Shown here: piece after piece, positions 12,216 to 25,297 of the stretch | Numbering within the stretch: position 1 is the first letter of the stretch | How the letters are laid out: each line of letters opens with the position of its first letter | DNA from: Eledone cirrhosa | Lineage: Eukaryota | Length of the DNA stretch: 64,000 bases | Assembly: GCA_964016885.1 (NCBI GenBank) | Contig: CAXHJY010000343.1 | Coordinates: 248,001 to 312,000 of the forward strand | Reading direction: 5' to 3' | Notes under the pieces: model-generated | The model's input: only the letters and a program-made list of their open reading frames with translations | Databases searched by the model: none | What the model was told of the DNA's origin: nothing | Program-made: the position numbers and the translations under genes

Positions 12216-13387
12216 TCTGTTAGACTCGCAGAGACTAACAACAGAATGTTTTAAGTCTGCATGTTTGACATATATGCGTAGCTTGTGAATAAAAAATTCA
12301 AATAGTTTCACTGGCCGCGCTCATCCCACCCAAACATGTTTTGTAATGTATCGTCTTACTGGCTAATTTCATCGTCTTATTGGCTAATCAACTGATGAGA
12401 GTAATTGTTGCTCAAAAGCATCAGCCATTTTGATTGCACGTTTATTTATCGATTCACTTTTGAATCTTCCTCCTGTATTTCGTCGTTTATCATCAAAATA
12501 TTTTTCTCATTTTGGTAAGTTATATTGTTAATTTATATATGATTTTTTAAATTTATATTAACTATTTTTTTTTCAGTTCGTTTTAACATGCTTATAATAT
12601 TGGTTGTATCATATTTACTTGTATATTTGTCCATATTATTGTTCGTTTTATGTTAGATTATTTTATTATTATTATGTTAGACTATTTGTGTGCAATATTT
12701 AATTTTTATTAATTCAACTATAATAATTATTATGTAAAATATATTTATTTAATATTGATTGTTTTTTGTAGTTGTTTATATTAAAAGTCTGAAAATATTT
12801 TAATACAACTTACAATAATATTTATAAGATCATTTATAAAATAAAAATTATATAATCTAATTACATTACAACTATAATTTATTATTAATATATATTATGT
12901 TTAACTAGAGTTATTACAAGCGTTGACTTAAAAAAATATTAAACTAGACCTGTAAAATGCGCAAGCTCAAAAGAGCCACAGAATGTTATAATAAACCTTC
13001 AAAAGTGTGAGACTAGAGTTGTTGCTCAAAAATATTGTAACCATTATCTATCGTACACTCTGTGGCATCCTTTTATAAAAAAGAGACTCATAACGAACTT
13101 AAGACGACACGATAATTATTTAAGTGAATTTATAATATAGAATTCGGTTTAAGTGAATTTCGTATTAATCATTACTAAACATCTAATATGAGATATTGAA
13201 CATTAGCTTAAATAATTATCGTGTCGTCTTGAATTCGTTATGAGTCTCTTTTTTATAAAAGGATGCCACAGAGTGTACGATAGATAATGATTACAATATT
13301 TTTGAGCAACAACTCTAGTCGCACACTTTTGAAGGTTTATTATAACATTCTGTGGCTCTTTTGAGCTTGCACATTTTTCAGGTCTAG
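12216..13387 (+). mobile_element. About 1.17-kb insertion with Helitron-like ends (TC...CTAG between A and T) ending in a long palindrome
   Basis: Absent from paralogs at about 38940 and 49848 (CTGTA|TAT); inverted arms at 12943-13124 and 13207-13388. Confidence 0.55.
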
Positions 13388-13516
13388 TATATATGTTTGT
13401 GTGTAGTTAATGTAACATTCAAAGAGAATGATTTCCCTCAGATGTCACAAGATATGTATTTGTTTTCTCATTAATTCACAAATTTGAGGGAATGATTTAT
13501 CACTGATGTCAATGCG

Positions 13517-14287
13517 TTATGATTTCTCTTCTGCATGTATAAGTTTGTGAGTAGTTAGGCTCCTTTTTCCAGAGAATGACTTACCACAGATATCACAGTG
13601 ATATGGCTTCTCTCCTGTATGGGTACGTTTATGGCTAGTTAAGCTAAAACTTACAGAGAATGATTTATCACAGATATCACAGTGATATGGCTTGTCTCCT
13701 GTATGGGTACGTTTGTGGCTAGTTAAGTGACTATTATGATAGAATGATTTACCACAGATATCACAGTGATATGGCTTGTCTCCAGTATGTATACGTTTGT
13801 GGCTAGTTAAGGTACTACTTTGAGAGAATGATTTGCCACAGATCTCACAATGATAAGGCTTATCTCCTGTATGGGTACGTTTGTGGCTAGTTAAGTGACT
13901 ATTATGATAGAATGATTTACCACAGATATCACAGTGATATGGCTTGTCTCCTGTATGTGTACGTTTATGTGTAGTTAGGTTACTACTAAAAGAGAATGAT
14001 TTGCCACAGATATCACAGTGATATGGCTTGTCTCCTGTATGTATACGTTTATGCTTAATTAAGGAACTACTTTCAGAGCATGATTTACCACAGATATCAC
14101 ATTGGTATGGCTTGTCTCCGGTATGTATACATTTGTGGCTAGTTAAGGTACCACTTTGAGAAAATGAATTACCACAGATATCACAGTGATATGGCTTCTC
14201 TTCTCTAACCTTCGTCATCTCACCAGGAATACTAAACACTTTAGATTGTGTTTCGTATTTAATCTCCTTTGTCAATTTATTTTCCAT
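13517..14287 (-). CDS. C2H2 zinc-finger protein, 8 tandem fingers, 256 aa, intact
   Basis: Eight CxxC-12-HxxxH units with TG(D/E)KPY linkers after a short leader MENKLTKEIK; splice acceptor TATTATCTTCAG just upstream (exon start about 14404). Confidence 0.92.
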   Translation of the reverse strand: MENKLTKEIKYETQSKVFSIPGEMTKVREEKPYHCDICGNSFSQSGTLTSHKCIHTGDKPYQCDICGKSCSESSSLIKHKRIHTGDKPYHCDICGKSFSFSSNLTTHKRTHTGDKPYHCDICGKSFYHNSHLTSHKRTHTGDKPYHCEICGKSFSQSSTLTSHKRIHTGDKPYHCDICGKSFYHNSHLTSHKRTHTGDKPYHCDICDKSFSVSFSLTSHKRTHTGEKPYHCDICGKSFSGKRSLTTHKLIHAEEKS

Positions 14288-15474
14288 AATTATTCCTTCT
14301 TCAACAGAATATACAGATGTTTTCCTTGTAGTATTTTTTATATTATATTTCTTATAAAATATTTCTTCTTCTATATTTCCCTCAACTGTAATTTCAGTTA
14401 ATATCTGAAGATAATATAAACTTATGTTTCATCCAAGTTTAGTTAAAATACAAAACCATCTCATAGTGAGGAAAATAAACTCAATTTTGAGGAAATATTT
14501 AAACAGTAATTCAATGACAGATTTATATAAACAGTGTTATCTAAGTTCTGTTTAGAAAGTTTTAGTCTTCAAATGATGATAAATAGAGGTGATGTATCCA
14601 AGATTGAAAATAATAATTTATCCCAATGTCATCTGATATTCTGAAATAAGAAAGAAACAGTATGAGATAATACAGAATACTTTAGAAGCAGAGATAGATT
14701 TAACAGTGGAAATTTTATATTTCTATATTGATAAACTGTAGATATCAACTTTCCTGTCCAGAGTAATTCTCTCCAATATAAGCAATAGTATTCCAGCATG
14801 CTCTATAAATTATATCCTTCTACCGCTTCAGAGGTCTGCTCTATGGCAGTTTAGCAAAAAATTCATTCTTATAGGACTTATAAGAAAGAAACAGTATGAG
14901 ATAATAGAAAATACTTAAAATACAGAGATAGATTTAACAGTGGAAATATTACATATTTACCAGCGTCGAAGAAATTACTTCTTTCCTAAAATAAGTCTCA
15001 AAAATCTACCATACGTCCCGGAGGCCGAAGGTTGTTTATTATTGTTTTTCAAAAATTCTGATGGCTTCGGCACCGGTAAATACGGTACATTGGTAAACTG
15101 TAGAAATATACCTGTGTGATGTTTATTTATATAAACCAAGGCTATATATATGTCAAACTACAGCTGCACCATGACTATAGCGGTGTCATCTAGTACAGGG
15201 CCCCAAAACTGTGGTAACCTTGTGAAATGGGCTTGGCACGGCCGACTGGCTACCCTCCCCATAGTGGCGCAGATAACTGGCCAGCCCTTATCGTAACTGT
15301 ACCATCCAGTACCAGTCCACATAACTATGCTAACCTCATGAAAAGGGTTAGGCCCATCTGGCTGGCCACCCCTTCTCATAATGGTGCCACCCAGTACCAG
15401 GCCCCAAAATTATAGTTGCACTGTGAGATGGGTTCAGTGCAGCCAACTGGCCTGTCCCTCCTCATAACAGAGCC

Positions 15475-15938
15475 ATCCAGTTCCACACTGTAAACATGGT
15501 TCATGTTAGGAAGGGAATCCAGCTGTAAAATACCCGACCAAATTTACAGACCTCATCTGAGCCAGGTGTGACACATGGCCAACCCTGACCAGACTTGCCT
15601 CCTGGCGTGGATGACCCATCTAACCCATGCAAGAATGGAAAAATGGACGCTAAATAGAGATGACACAGACATATATATATATCCCACCCACACTGGACAT
15701 GTAGAAGACAGCAAAAAGCACCCAGCCCACACTGTAAAGTGGACATGTAGGTGTCTTGGCAAAAGCACCCAGTCCACACTGTCAATGTGATTGGCGTTAA
15801 GAAGGGTATCCAGCCGTAGAAAGCTAGCCAGAAATACCCTATATGAGTGAGACACGGTCACCTGACCCAAATTGCCTCTAAATGGGACCCGTCTAACCCA
15901 TGCTAGTGTGGAAGATGGACGTTAATTGATGATGATTA
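15475..15938 (+). mobile_element. Two RTE-type 3' UTR/tail fragments
   Basis: TAGGAAGGG.ATCCAGC.GTA and AACCCATGC...GGACG.TAA..GATGA motifs shared with the RTE tails. Confidence 0.6.
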
Positions 15939-16258
15939 TATATAATAAAATGTAGTTTACTTCAAGCATTCTATATAATATATAACGTTGAAAGAGATAG
16001 AAGGCTAAACAAGGCAAAATGGACTGTAAGATGAGGTAAGGAAAAGTAAAAGTTACCTGGTAATCTTTGTTTTGTTATTTTTGTTGTTGTTGTTCTTTTA
16101 TTTGTCCAATATTTTGGGTCCTAACAGTCCTTTCTTCAGGGTTTAACCCTTTAACATTTACACTATTCTATATACACTATTATATTTCATTGGATAATGT
16201 TCCAATTTCCTCTCTTTGGGATTAAATCTTTTCTAAGTCGTTTTCAAGCATTTTATAA

Positions 16259-16441
16259 AATTGATGGAAGCTGTGAAGTAGGAAGACCTGGGATGAGGTG
16301 ATAAAAGCTGACCTCACACAATTGATGGAAGCTATGAAGTAGGAAGACCTGGGATGAGGTGATAAAAGCTGACCTCACACAATTGATGGAAGCTGTGGAG
16401 TAGGAAGGCCTGGGATGAGGTGATAAAAGCTGACCACACAA
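16259..16441 (+). repeat. 3 x 61-bp tandem repeat derived from the RTE ORF C-terminus
   Basis: Unit AATTGATGGAAGCTGTGAAGTAGGAAGACCTGGGATGAGGTGATAAAAGCTGACCTCACAC. Confidence 0.85.
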
Positions 16442-16767
16442 TTCTCAAAGACAATGACACAGAATTGAGATATTTGGTGTTATACGGTAATATAGAAGAC
16501 CAGCCTTCCCTAGCATTGGTATCAATGACTCCCACATGGACATCAATACACATCTATATATACACACCTAAAATATCGAAGACCCCCGTCAATCACGAAT
16601 AACCATGTGATTTGCAACTAGAAAGTTCCCCTCTGAGGCACAGGTCTGGTTGTTTGAGGAAGACCAGCAGTCACCCATGTATACCAGTCTACCCTCTCCA
16701 TGCCACAGATGTTGTCCAAGGGAAAGGTAATGGCTGATACAGCTTGGAACATCACTACATATATATA

Positions 16768-17645
16768 CAAGGTGTGTCAGAAAAGTTCCAGGACTGATGT
16801 CACATAAAATTTATTTCAAGAGTTATCTCAATCAAAGTAATCCCCCTGGAGTATGCAACTGTAATCTTAGCTCTCTGCAGCGATCAAATTTTTTTCTTCA
16901 TAATTTTATATACATGTCCTCTGTTTCAGGTCGTCAAGCAATGAGCACAGAGCAACAAACAAACTTGAAAACTCCGTCAGAAACACTGGGATTGCTGCAG
17001 CAAGTGTATGGAGATTAGACGATGTCACCTTCACGTGTTTTTGAGTGGTGCAAGAGGTTTAAAGAAGGATGCGACGATGTGGAAGATGACCTCAGGAGCG
17101 GAAGGTCCTCAACAACCAGGACTGAGGTCAACATTGAGCGCGTCAGGCAGATGGTGCGTAGCAATCGTCGGCTGACTGTTCGACTGATGGCTAATGAGCT
17201 GGGCATGAATCGGGACAGCGTCTGGAAGATTCTCACTGAAGATTTGGACATGCGGAAAGTCTGCGCGAAGATGGTGCCAAAACGGCTGAACAATGACCAG
17301 AAGGGTCGACTCATGCAAGTGTGCCAGGACATCCTCGAGCGTCTTGAAACTGAACCAGACTTGCTAGGGACAGTCATCACTGGTGATGAGTCATGGATTT
17401 TCGAGTACGACCCGGAGGGGACCCGTTTTTAAGATGTGGATGACATCAAAAAGGCTGTGACGACGGAACTGCGGAGGGTCCCGGAAGAATCCTTCCAGGA
17501 GGGCATGCAAGCGTGGTAGAAAATGATGGAAAAGTGTTTTAGACTCCAGGGGGATTACTTTGAAGGAGAAAACTCTTAGTGTGAAGTTTGGGTTTGAAAT
17601 AAAACTTTTGTGACATCAGTCCTGGAACTTTTCTGACCCACCTCA
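16768..17645 (+). mobile_element. Internally deleted mariner transposon
   Basis: About 53-bp TIRs flanked by TA; HTH and RKVCAKMVPK...ITGDESWIFEYDPE joined directly to the C-terminal GTRF, so most of the catalytic domain is deleted. Confidence 0.9.
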
Positions 17646-17659
17646 TATATATATATATA

Positions 17660-18090
17660 TATATATACACTGTGTACAGTATATATTATACACTATATAT
17701 GTTGCCCATGGGAAACTCAATGGCTGATAAGCTTGACACTAGTGACATCACAGCATATATATACACTGTGTACAGTATATATTATACACTATATATGTTG
17801 TCCAAGGGAAAGGCAATGGCTGATACAGCTTGACACCAGTGACATCACAACATATATATATACACTATATATATATACACTGTGTACAGTATATATTATA
17901 CACTATATATATTGTCCAAGGGAAAAGCAATGGCTGACACAGCTTGGCACCAGTGACATCACAACATAGATACACTATATATATATATATATATACACTG
18001 TGTACAATATATATTATACACTATATATGTTGTCCAAGGGAAAGGCAATGGCTGACAGCTTGGCACCAGTGACATAACAACATATATATA
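17660..18090. repeat. Four tandem units of a SINE 3' fragment plus TA-rich spacer
   Basis: GTCCAAGGGAAAGGCAATGGCTGATACAGCTTGGCACCAGTGACATCACA repeated with TACACTGTGTACAGTATATATTATACACTAT. Confidence 0.8.
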
Positions 18091-18516
18091 TAACTTATAT
18101 CCCAGACATCCATAGATTATTTCTATTCTACAGCTATCTCTCTTCCCCAGTTTCAAAATGTTCTGTTTACATTATTATTATTATCATTCACTTGTTTCCA
18201 CAATGTATATACTTCGACCTTGTTTTTGATATAAACCATGTTGGACATTGTGTCTTTCTCTACAAACTCATCCCTAACCCCCGCCATTACCTCCCCTTTC
18301 TCTCACTCATTCATTTCGGTGTTTACAAAGCTAGGTGACCATCTTCGAAGTTCTTGCATACTTGCCTTGTCTAATATGTCTACTTATATCTGCTTATTTC
18401 CCCCGAATCTCCTGTGATGATATATGTCATGATGGCTACCTATCTCACAATTTCCCACTCACCACCATAGGCTATTTCACCAATCAAACCTCAGAAACAT
18501 GTCCTTACCCATTACT

Positions 18517-19001
18517 ACCCCAACAAACTCTGCCATTACTACTACTGTCCTTCTAGCCCTTACCAGCCCCAACAAACTCTGCCATTACTACTACTGTCCT
18601 TCTAGCCCTTACTAGCCCCAACAAACTCTGCCATTACTACTACTGTCCTTCTAACCGTTACTAGCCCCAACAAACTCTGCCATTACTACTACTGTCCTTC
18701 TAGCCCTTACCAGCCCCAACAAACTCTGCCATTACTACTACTGTCCTTCTAGCCCTTACCAGCCCCAACAAACTCTGCCATTACTACTACTGTCCTTCTA
18801 GCCCTTACCAGCCCCAACAAACTCTGCCATTACTACTACTGTCCTTCTAGCCCTTACTAGCCCCAACAAACTCTGCCATTACTACTACTGTCCTTCTAGC
18901 CCTTACCAGCCCCAACAAACTCTGCCATTATTACTACTGTCCTCCTAGCCCTTACCAGCCCCAACAAACCCTGCCATTACTACTACTGTCCTTCTAGCCC
19001 T
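18517..19001. repeat. 49-bp minisatellite, about 10 copies
   Basis: Unit CCCAACAAACTCTGCCATTACTACTACTGTCCTTCTAGCCCTTACCAGC, contiguous, no spacers. Confidence 0.95.
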
Positions 19002-19149
19002 GCACCAAAGAATACTTGATTACTGTTATGTATGGAGGAGCGAAGGATAAATGGAACAACCCCGAATAAATAAATGAATATGAATCTGTGAGTTACCAAG
19101 CACCCATGCGAAGCTTTAATTCAGAAACAGGAAGCATACACACTACCCT

Positions 19150-20735
19150 GCAAAAATTCACCCTCTCCCACAAATGATGGCAAATGTCCAAAACTCTGAG
19201 TTGGCAGCATCAACATAAGCACAATGAAAGGAAGGGAAGGAGAAATTATAGACATGCTAGAGTGAAAGGATATTGACGTATGCTCTGGGCAAGAGACTAG
19301 ATGGAGAGGAGAGTCCGCTAGAGTCTTTGTAGGCAAAAGTTAGTGCTATAAATTTTTCTGGGTGGGAAATGACAAAGGGATGGGTGGTGTAGGTATACTA
19401 TTAGCTGACAAATGGGTAGATAAAGTAATAACCACACATGTTGTTAACCAGGTAATACTAGAGGGTGTCATACCAAAGGATAGGTGCAGCAGCATCATCG
19501 TCAACTGCTACAAGGGTAAAGTAGATGCACTAGATAGAATAAACTATAGAGGTATAAAGCTGATGGACCAGGTCATGAAAGTAATGGAACGAGTCATAGC
19601 ACAGTTGATCAGGGACTGGGTAAAACTAGGTGAGATGCAGTTTCGGTTGTTGCAGGAAAAAGCACCACTGGTGCCCTCTTCCTTGTGAGGCAGTTACAGG
19701 TAAAGTACCTAGATAAAAGCAAGCTGCTCTCCCTGGCTTTTGTCGATATGGAAACAGTCTTCAACAGAGTTCCCCATGAAATAATCTGGTGGGCTCTTAG
19801 AAAACTAGGAGTAGATTAGTGGCTTGTGAAAGCTGTACAAGCCATGTATAGGGGACATGTCAGTAAAGTTAGGCTTAACAATTACTATAGCGAGGAATTT
19901 AGCATACAAGTCGGTGTCTACCAGGGCTCTGTTCTTAGCCTTCTCCTGTTTATAATAGTATTGCAGGCTATAACAGAAGAGTTTAAGACCTGATGCCCAT
20001 AGGAACTCCTATATGTGGATGATCTTACACTTATAGCTGAATCTATGGCAGAACTAAAGAAACAAGCACCATCAAACTCTGGAAGAGCTCTGTAGAAACA
20101 ATAGACAGCTTTTGCTACCTAGGTGACCAAATGAGCAGCGGAGGTGGGTGTTCTGAAAGTACAGTAACCAGTGTAACAACAGGATTGAAGAAGTTTAGGG
20201 AGCTACTGCCACTGCTAGCTGCAAAAGGCTTTTCCCTCAAAATGAAAGGCAGACTGTATGATGCGTGCATACGAACAGCAATGCTACATGGTAGTGAGAC
20301 CTGGGCACTGTCTGTAGAAGACTTGGGTAGATTAGAAAGAAACGAAGCTTGCATGCTCCGATGGATGTGTAATAGTAATATACACGAACAGCAAAGCATT
20401 AACAAATTGAGAGAGAGACTGAGCATCAGAGGAATCAAATGCTGTGTGCAGTAGAGGAGGTTGTGTTGTAGCCCCTGGGTACAAGCCGAAGCACATAGAC
20501 AATATGCCCCCACCCCCTCCCACTGTAAAGTGGCCGTGGAGGTGTCACAACAAAAAAGCACCCATCACTCACTGTGAGGTTGGTGTTAGGAAGGGCATCC
20601 AGCTGTAGAAATCAAGCCAAAATCGGTTCCCATCTGAGCAAGACAAGGTCACCCCACCTGGCACTGCCCACAACAGGACAACCTGTCTAACCCATACTAC
20701 CGTGGAAGAAGGGACGTAAAACAGTGATGATGATA
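19150..20735 (+). mobile_element. Internally deleted RTE LINE (endonuclease start, RT, 3' UTR)
   Basis: GSINISTMKG..QETRWRG..GVGILL joined to NYRGIKLMD..YVDDL..MLHGSETW; (GAT)n tail. Confidence 0.85.
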
Positions 20736-21824
20736 TACATATATATACACTATATATATTATACAGTATCTATAGAAGATATATATGTCCAAGAGAAAGG
20801 CTATGGCCGATACAGCTTGGGACTAGTAACATCACAACATATATATATACAATATATATTATACAGTATATATATTATACAGTATATATATTATACAGAA
20901 TATATACACTATATATATTATACAGTATATATACACTATATATATTATACAGTATATATACACTATATATATTATACAGTATATATCCACTATATATATG
21001 TCCAAGGGAAAGGTTATGGCCAATACAGCTTGGCACCAGTGACATCACAACTCATTTCTACAGCTGAGTAAACTGGAGCAACGTGAAATAAAATGTCTTG
21101 CTCAAGGACACAACACAACACCCTGTCCGAGAAACGAACTCACCACCTTTTAATTGCAAGCCCAATGCTCTAACCACTAAGCCGTGATACGTTCAGAACC
21201 AACCGTGATACAGAGAGACCATAAAGACAACCGTTGTTTCCATAGTTTAAGCCTTAAAATACCTCTCATACATGCTTTAAGTACATATAAACTCATTAAA
21301 ACACACTTTTGTATTTAAACACCAAAAACAGCCAGTAACGATCGTATAGAAACTACCACCAACTATCGTACCACTAGTTACTAATGACGACTATTGCCAG
21401 CCACGGTAGCCACTTGGTAATACACTGCACATCTCCCGTCAATCTATGAAGGGTTTGTAGTAGATTAGAGCAAAACACAATCAGTAAAACAATAATGGAA
21501 TTAAAAATATAAACATTTGTTCATAATTAAAGCCTTAAAATGTCCCTTCCTTACGATATACACTTTAATAACATTGAAATTTATTTAATAAGTTTAAAAT
21601 TTAAACACTTTTTATTCAGACGTACCGCGATAAGAAATTAGATATGTTCTAACGAATAATCCGCGATGTGGCGAGGATTACCGCGATAGGAAATTAGATA
21701 CGTTCCAAAGAGATATCCGCGATGTAACGGGACCGCGAAAAGTGAACCGCGATATAGCGGGGGATTACTGTATATATACACACACAACATACATCTATCT
21801 ATATACACTCATAACATATATTTC

Positions 21825-22443
21825 GGCAGTGTCATGGTATTAGCTGTCAGAAGTGAAAGTAGAAGAAGGTGACGTCATTCGTCAACCTTCTCAATCCTTT
21901 ATTTCCGTATCACTATTCCCTTTATTTATGTTTAGGATTTCCTAAGAGATACGTTTACGATGAGATACATTTATTAGAAAATAATATGGGGACCAAATAA
22001 CCCCGTAATTTTCGAGAGAAACGATAATATACAATCTCATTTAACATGTGTATTAAAAAGTACACTAGCTGTTACAATTGTAATTAACGTGTAAGAACTT
22101 AAATGAAAATATAGGTGGCCCTTAAAAGGGCCGGTGTTGAACTTAAATTTGTTTTCTAATTTGATAACCATGACTTGTTTCAACATCGGCCCTTTTAAGG
22201 GCCACCTATATTTTCATTTAAGTTCTTACACGTTAATTACAATTGTAACAGCTAGTGTAGTTTTTAATGCACCGTTAAATAAGATTGTATATTATCGTTT
22301 CTCTCGAAAATTACGGGGTTATTTGGTCCCCATAAATAAAATCATAAACGTAAATAAACGGAATAGTGATACGGAAATAAAGGATTGAGAAGGTTGACGA
22401 CTGATGTCACCTTCTTTCTGACAGCTAATACCACGACAGTGCC
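21825..22443. mobile_element. Foldback palindrome, copy 2
   Basis: Same arms and loop orientation as 934-1553. Confidence 0.85.
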
Positions 22444-22798
22444 CTTTATTTCGATATCTTACATTAAAATGTTGACTGAGGGTGTGACAACTGTTTCTTG
22501 TTTGAGGTTGTTCCAGGGGTTGAAATATAGACGGAGGTAATTAAATAATAAAGAGTCATGATAACAATATATTTTATATCACATGTAACAGTGGAATCTG
22601 ATGATTGAGAAATATCACATCAACATTTCAGTTTGGAAGTTTCTTTTCTATATATAAAAGTGGAGGAAGAAATATATTTTTCTAATGTTGTTATATATAT
22701 TTTCACTTGTATATAATTACTGGGTCGTTGTAGGGTTCACATAATTATATTATTTACACACATTAATATAGACATTAAGGAAATCTTTGTCAACTTAC

Positions 22799-22995
22799 CT
22801 CCTTCACATATAATCAATGTGTTGTGTTGTTAGTTGTTACTAAACAACCAAAGAAATAATCTTTGTTATCAAATTAGAAGTTTCAATGTTATCAGCTTTA
22901 TTTCACGACATTAACGTTGGTGTATCTTCTTCATCTTTAGTCATAAGTTGATATCTTGTCAGAATGAAGTAGTGAGGCTGACTTTATGTCTTTAG
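22799..22995 (-). other. Candidate non-coding exon 2 of the ZNF gene at 13517-14287
   Basis: Acceptor ...ATCTGTAG| and donor GAG|GTAAGT on the same strand, upstream of the coding exon. Confidence 0.5.
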
Positions 22996-23193
22996 CTACA
23001 GATTTGATAGGAAATATACATATATTAGGTTGATATGTGGTCTAAAATATATATATTGTCTATAAATGACTGATAGCAGATGTTCTGGTGAAATAGTAGT
23101 TTTACTACTACAGATTGTAATGGAACTCTTAGTAGACACAATTGTAAAGTAAGAATAGATATGACAGTGTAAGACTGATGTCGGGGAATTAAA

Positions 23194-23242
<49 letters not shown>

Positions 23243-23506
23243 GTTACACAAGATATAATTAGATTAATTAAAGTTATAGTAAACAGCAAGTACACGGTGT
23301 CGTTGGAAATGATTTAACTCCCTTACCGGTGTCATACGATAACAGTCCCTGATATAATTTAATGTATTCAGACACACTTCCAATCGTATTTAATCCATGG
23401 CAAATCAAAAACTCAGTAAAATATCAATTATATATCTACGTAGTCTCGTACCCTGCTAGAAATAGCAGTGAAATTATCCATTACAGATTCTTCTTTAAAC
23501 TCTTAC

Positions 23507-23580
23507 GTTTAGTTAAACAATCAACACAGCAAGTCTTTTGTTCAGACTTCAGAATAAGCTCGAAAACCGCCAGAATATCA
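23507..23580 (-). promoter_or_regulatory. Candidate first exon/TSS region
   Basis: Donor-like AAAC|GTAAGA; homology with the paralogs at 29847 and 59337 ends a few bases into the putative exon; start position approximate. Confidence 0.35.
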
Positions 23581-25218
23581 TTCTTCTTCTTGCTATATAT
23601 ATATATATATATATACATGCACACACACCATATATACAGGGAAATTCCGTTATAAAGAAATTCATGGAGTATAAAGATAATTCGTTGTAACGCAAATTCT
23701 TTATAACCGAATCAAATCGTTTGTTTGTTGTTCAATTGTATTCTAGTTATGGTGTTTCACATGGAACCTTATATATATAACACAGAGAAGTATAAAGTCC
23801 AAGTGAAAATATAAGACAACATATAATCTGAAAAGAAGGAAAAACAAGTGAAATGAAAGAGAATGTTGAAAGGAAAAGGTAGAAAAGAATCATTGAAATA
23901 ATTATTCTACAAAGTGTTCTGTCTCATTTAGAAAGTGTTTTCTATGTTGGCCAGCTAAAATCTTCCCTCACTCAATTGTATCAAGTTCATTAGTTAATCC
24001 TAACTTTCCTGTAAAAAATTACTGATTTCAACAACAACTTTTTGGCTAAAATCACTAACAATGACAAATATGTTTGTTTCGAGAGAAGGAGTGAACACCT
24101 CTATGTGGTTACTTGACCTGTTGGATATAGCAGCCAAATTTCTTTCAGGTCACATACCTTCTTGAATTGGGAAGGGACTGTTTGGTGGGCTGCTTTAAGC
24201 CCCAGTTTAAAGTCTATAGGGAACTAAAAGGGGGTTAGTTCCCTCATGAAATATATATCAGGATTGAGTATCCAAGTTTCATTTTGACATTTTATTCGTA
24301 ATCACGCGTAACACGTGTTTCGTGAATGTATTATATTTATTTCTCCTCCACTGTTTTTGATACATCTCAAAATTCTGTCTAGGCAGCCGTCGCTGCCGAA
24401 CGGGTTTTTTTAGGGCTCCCCTTAAGTCAACATAAGCAACACATACAACCATGTGCGACTACCCACCAAAAACAAGAAATCAATCACTGAAATATTGACT
24501 TAAATAGCCCTTACAAACCTAAGGTAACACATCAAAAAGACTAATTAGCCTTACCAGGACGAAAGTTAGGACATTCCACAATGTATTACTCATCTGAACG
24601 TTATCTCCATAATTATGTGGTTGGTACCAGTACATCTCTCAACAAGATTTCTAGTGTTAACCTGGCTTCCACACACTGAAGCATTAACACTGCAGTAACT
24701 CAACCACTCTTACAACACGTGGGTTGTATTTACAAGCAAAGGAAAAGAAAACACGGAAGATTAATTCAAATACAAACAAAAAGAAAGATCTATCGCCTTG
24801 CTTCTCCATATTTGTATTGAAGATTCTCATCCAACATCTGCTAACACAATAAGTTAGTTTCAGAAGCCCCAAGTTCGAGCAGTGATTCGGTAATCTTGGT
24901 AAAGTTAAACCTACATAAGTAGATATAATTCAGATTAAGGGTCAGACCTGCTTTTATGAGGTGTAGTAAGAGACAACAATATATGGAAGGAGGAGAAGTG
25001 AGAGAGATATAAAGACAAAACTGTGTTAATTCTCTCTCCCCCTCTCTTCTTTTACTCTATCTACCTCTTATGTCTCCATTTCACTGTTTTATTGTCTTAT
25101 TTCCTAATTCCACTTAATTCCATTAAATATTCAATCTTGGTCGAAATAAAGATTTTCATCTGTGACGATCTGTACAACCAATAATAGTAGGAGTCACGTT
25201 ACATGATATGTATATATA

Positions 25219-25297
25219 CAGGGTGTCCCTAAAATATGTATACACATTTACATAGACTATAGTTGAAGTGTGTATACATTTTGTGGGGGAGACCCTG
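25219..25297. mobile_element. 79-bp Tc1/mariner-type MITE
   Basis: TA-CAGGGTGTCCC.AAAATATGTATACAC ... GTGTATACATTTTG..GGGAGACCCTG-TA. Confidence 0.65.

Larger units (their letters stand above)
21000..23485 (+). repeat. Segmental duplication, copy 2 of 108-2595
   Basis: Near-identical colinear sequence. Confidence 0.9.

Noticed and set aside
14200-14287. KRAB/SCAN/ZAD effector domain at the ZNF N-terminus
   Set aside because: The leader is only about 30 aa with no such motif
18517-19001. CRISPR-like regular repeat (also 28820-29116)
   Set aside because: Units are contiguous with no unique spacers, there are no cas genes, and the context is eukaryotic
22903-22944. Conserved uORF MTKDEEDTPTLMS in the candidate leader exon
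   Set aside because: Interrupted by an early stop in the 29.3-kb copy, and the exon itself is unverified
24200-24900. Possible MITE ends and a Penelope-like coding remnant
   Set aside because: TIR match and protein motifs too weak to call by eye
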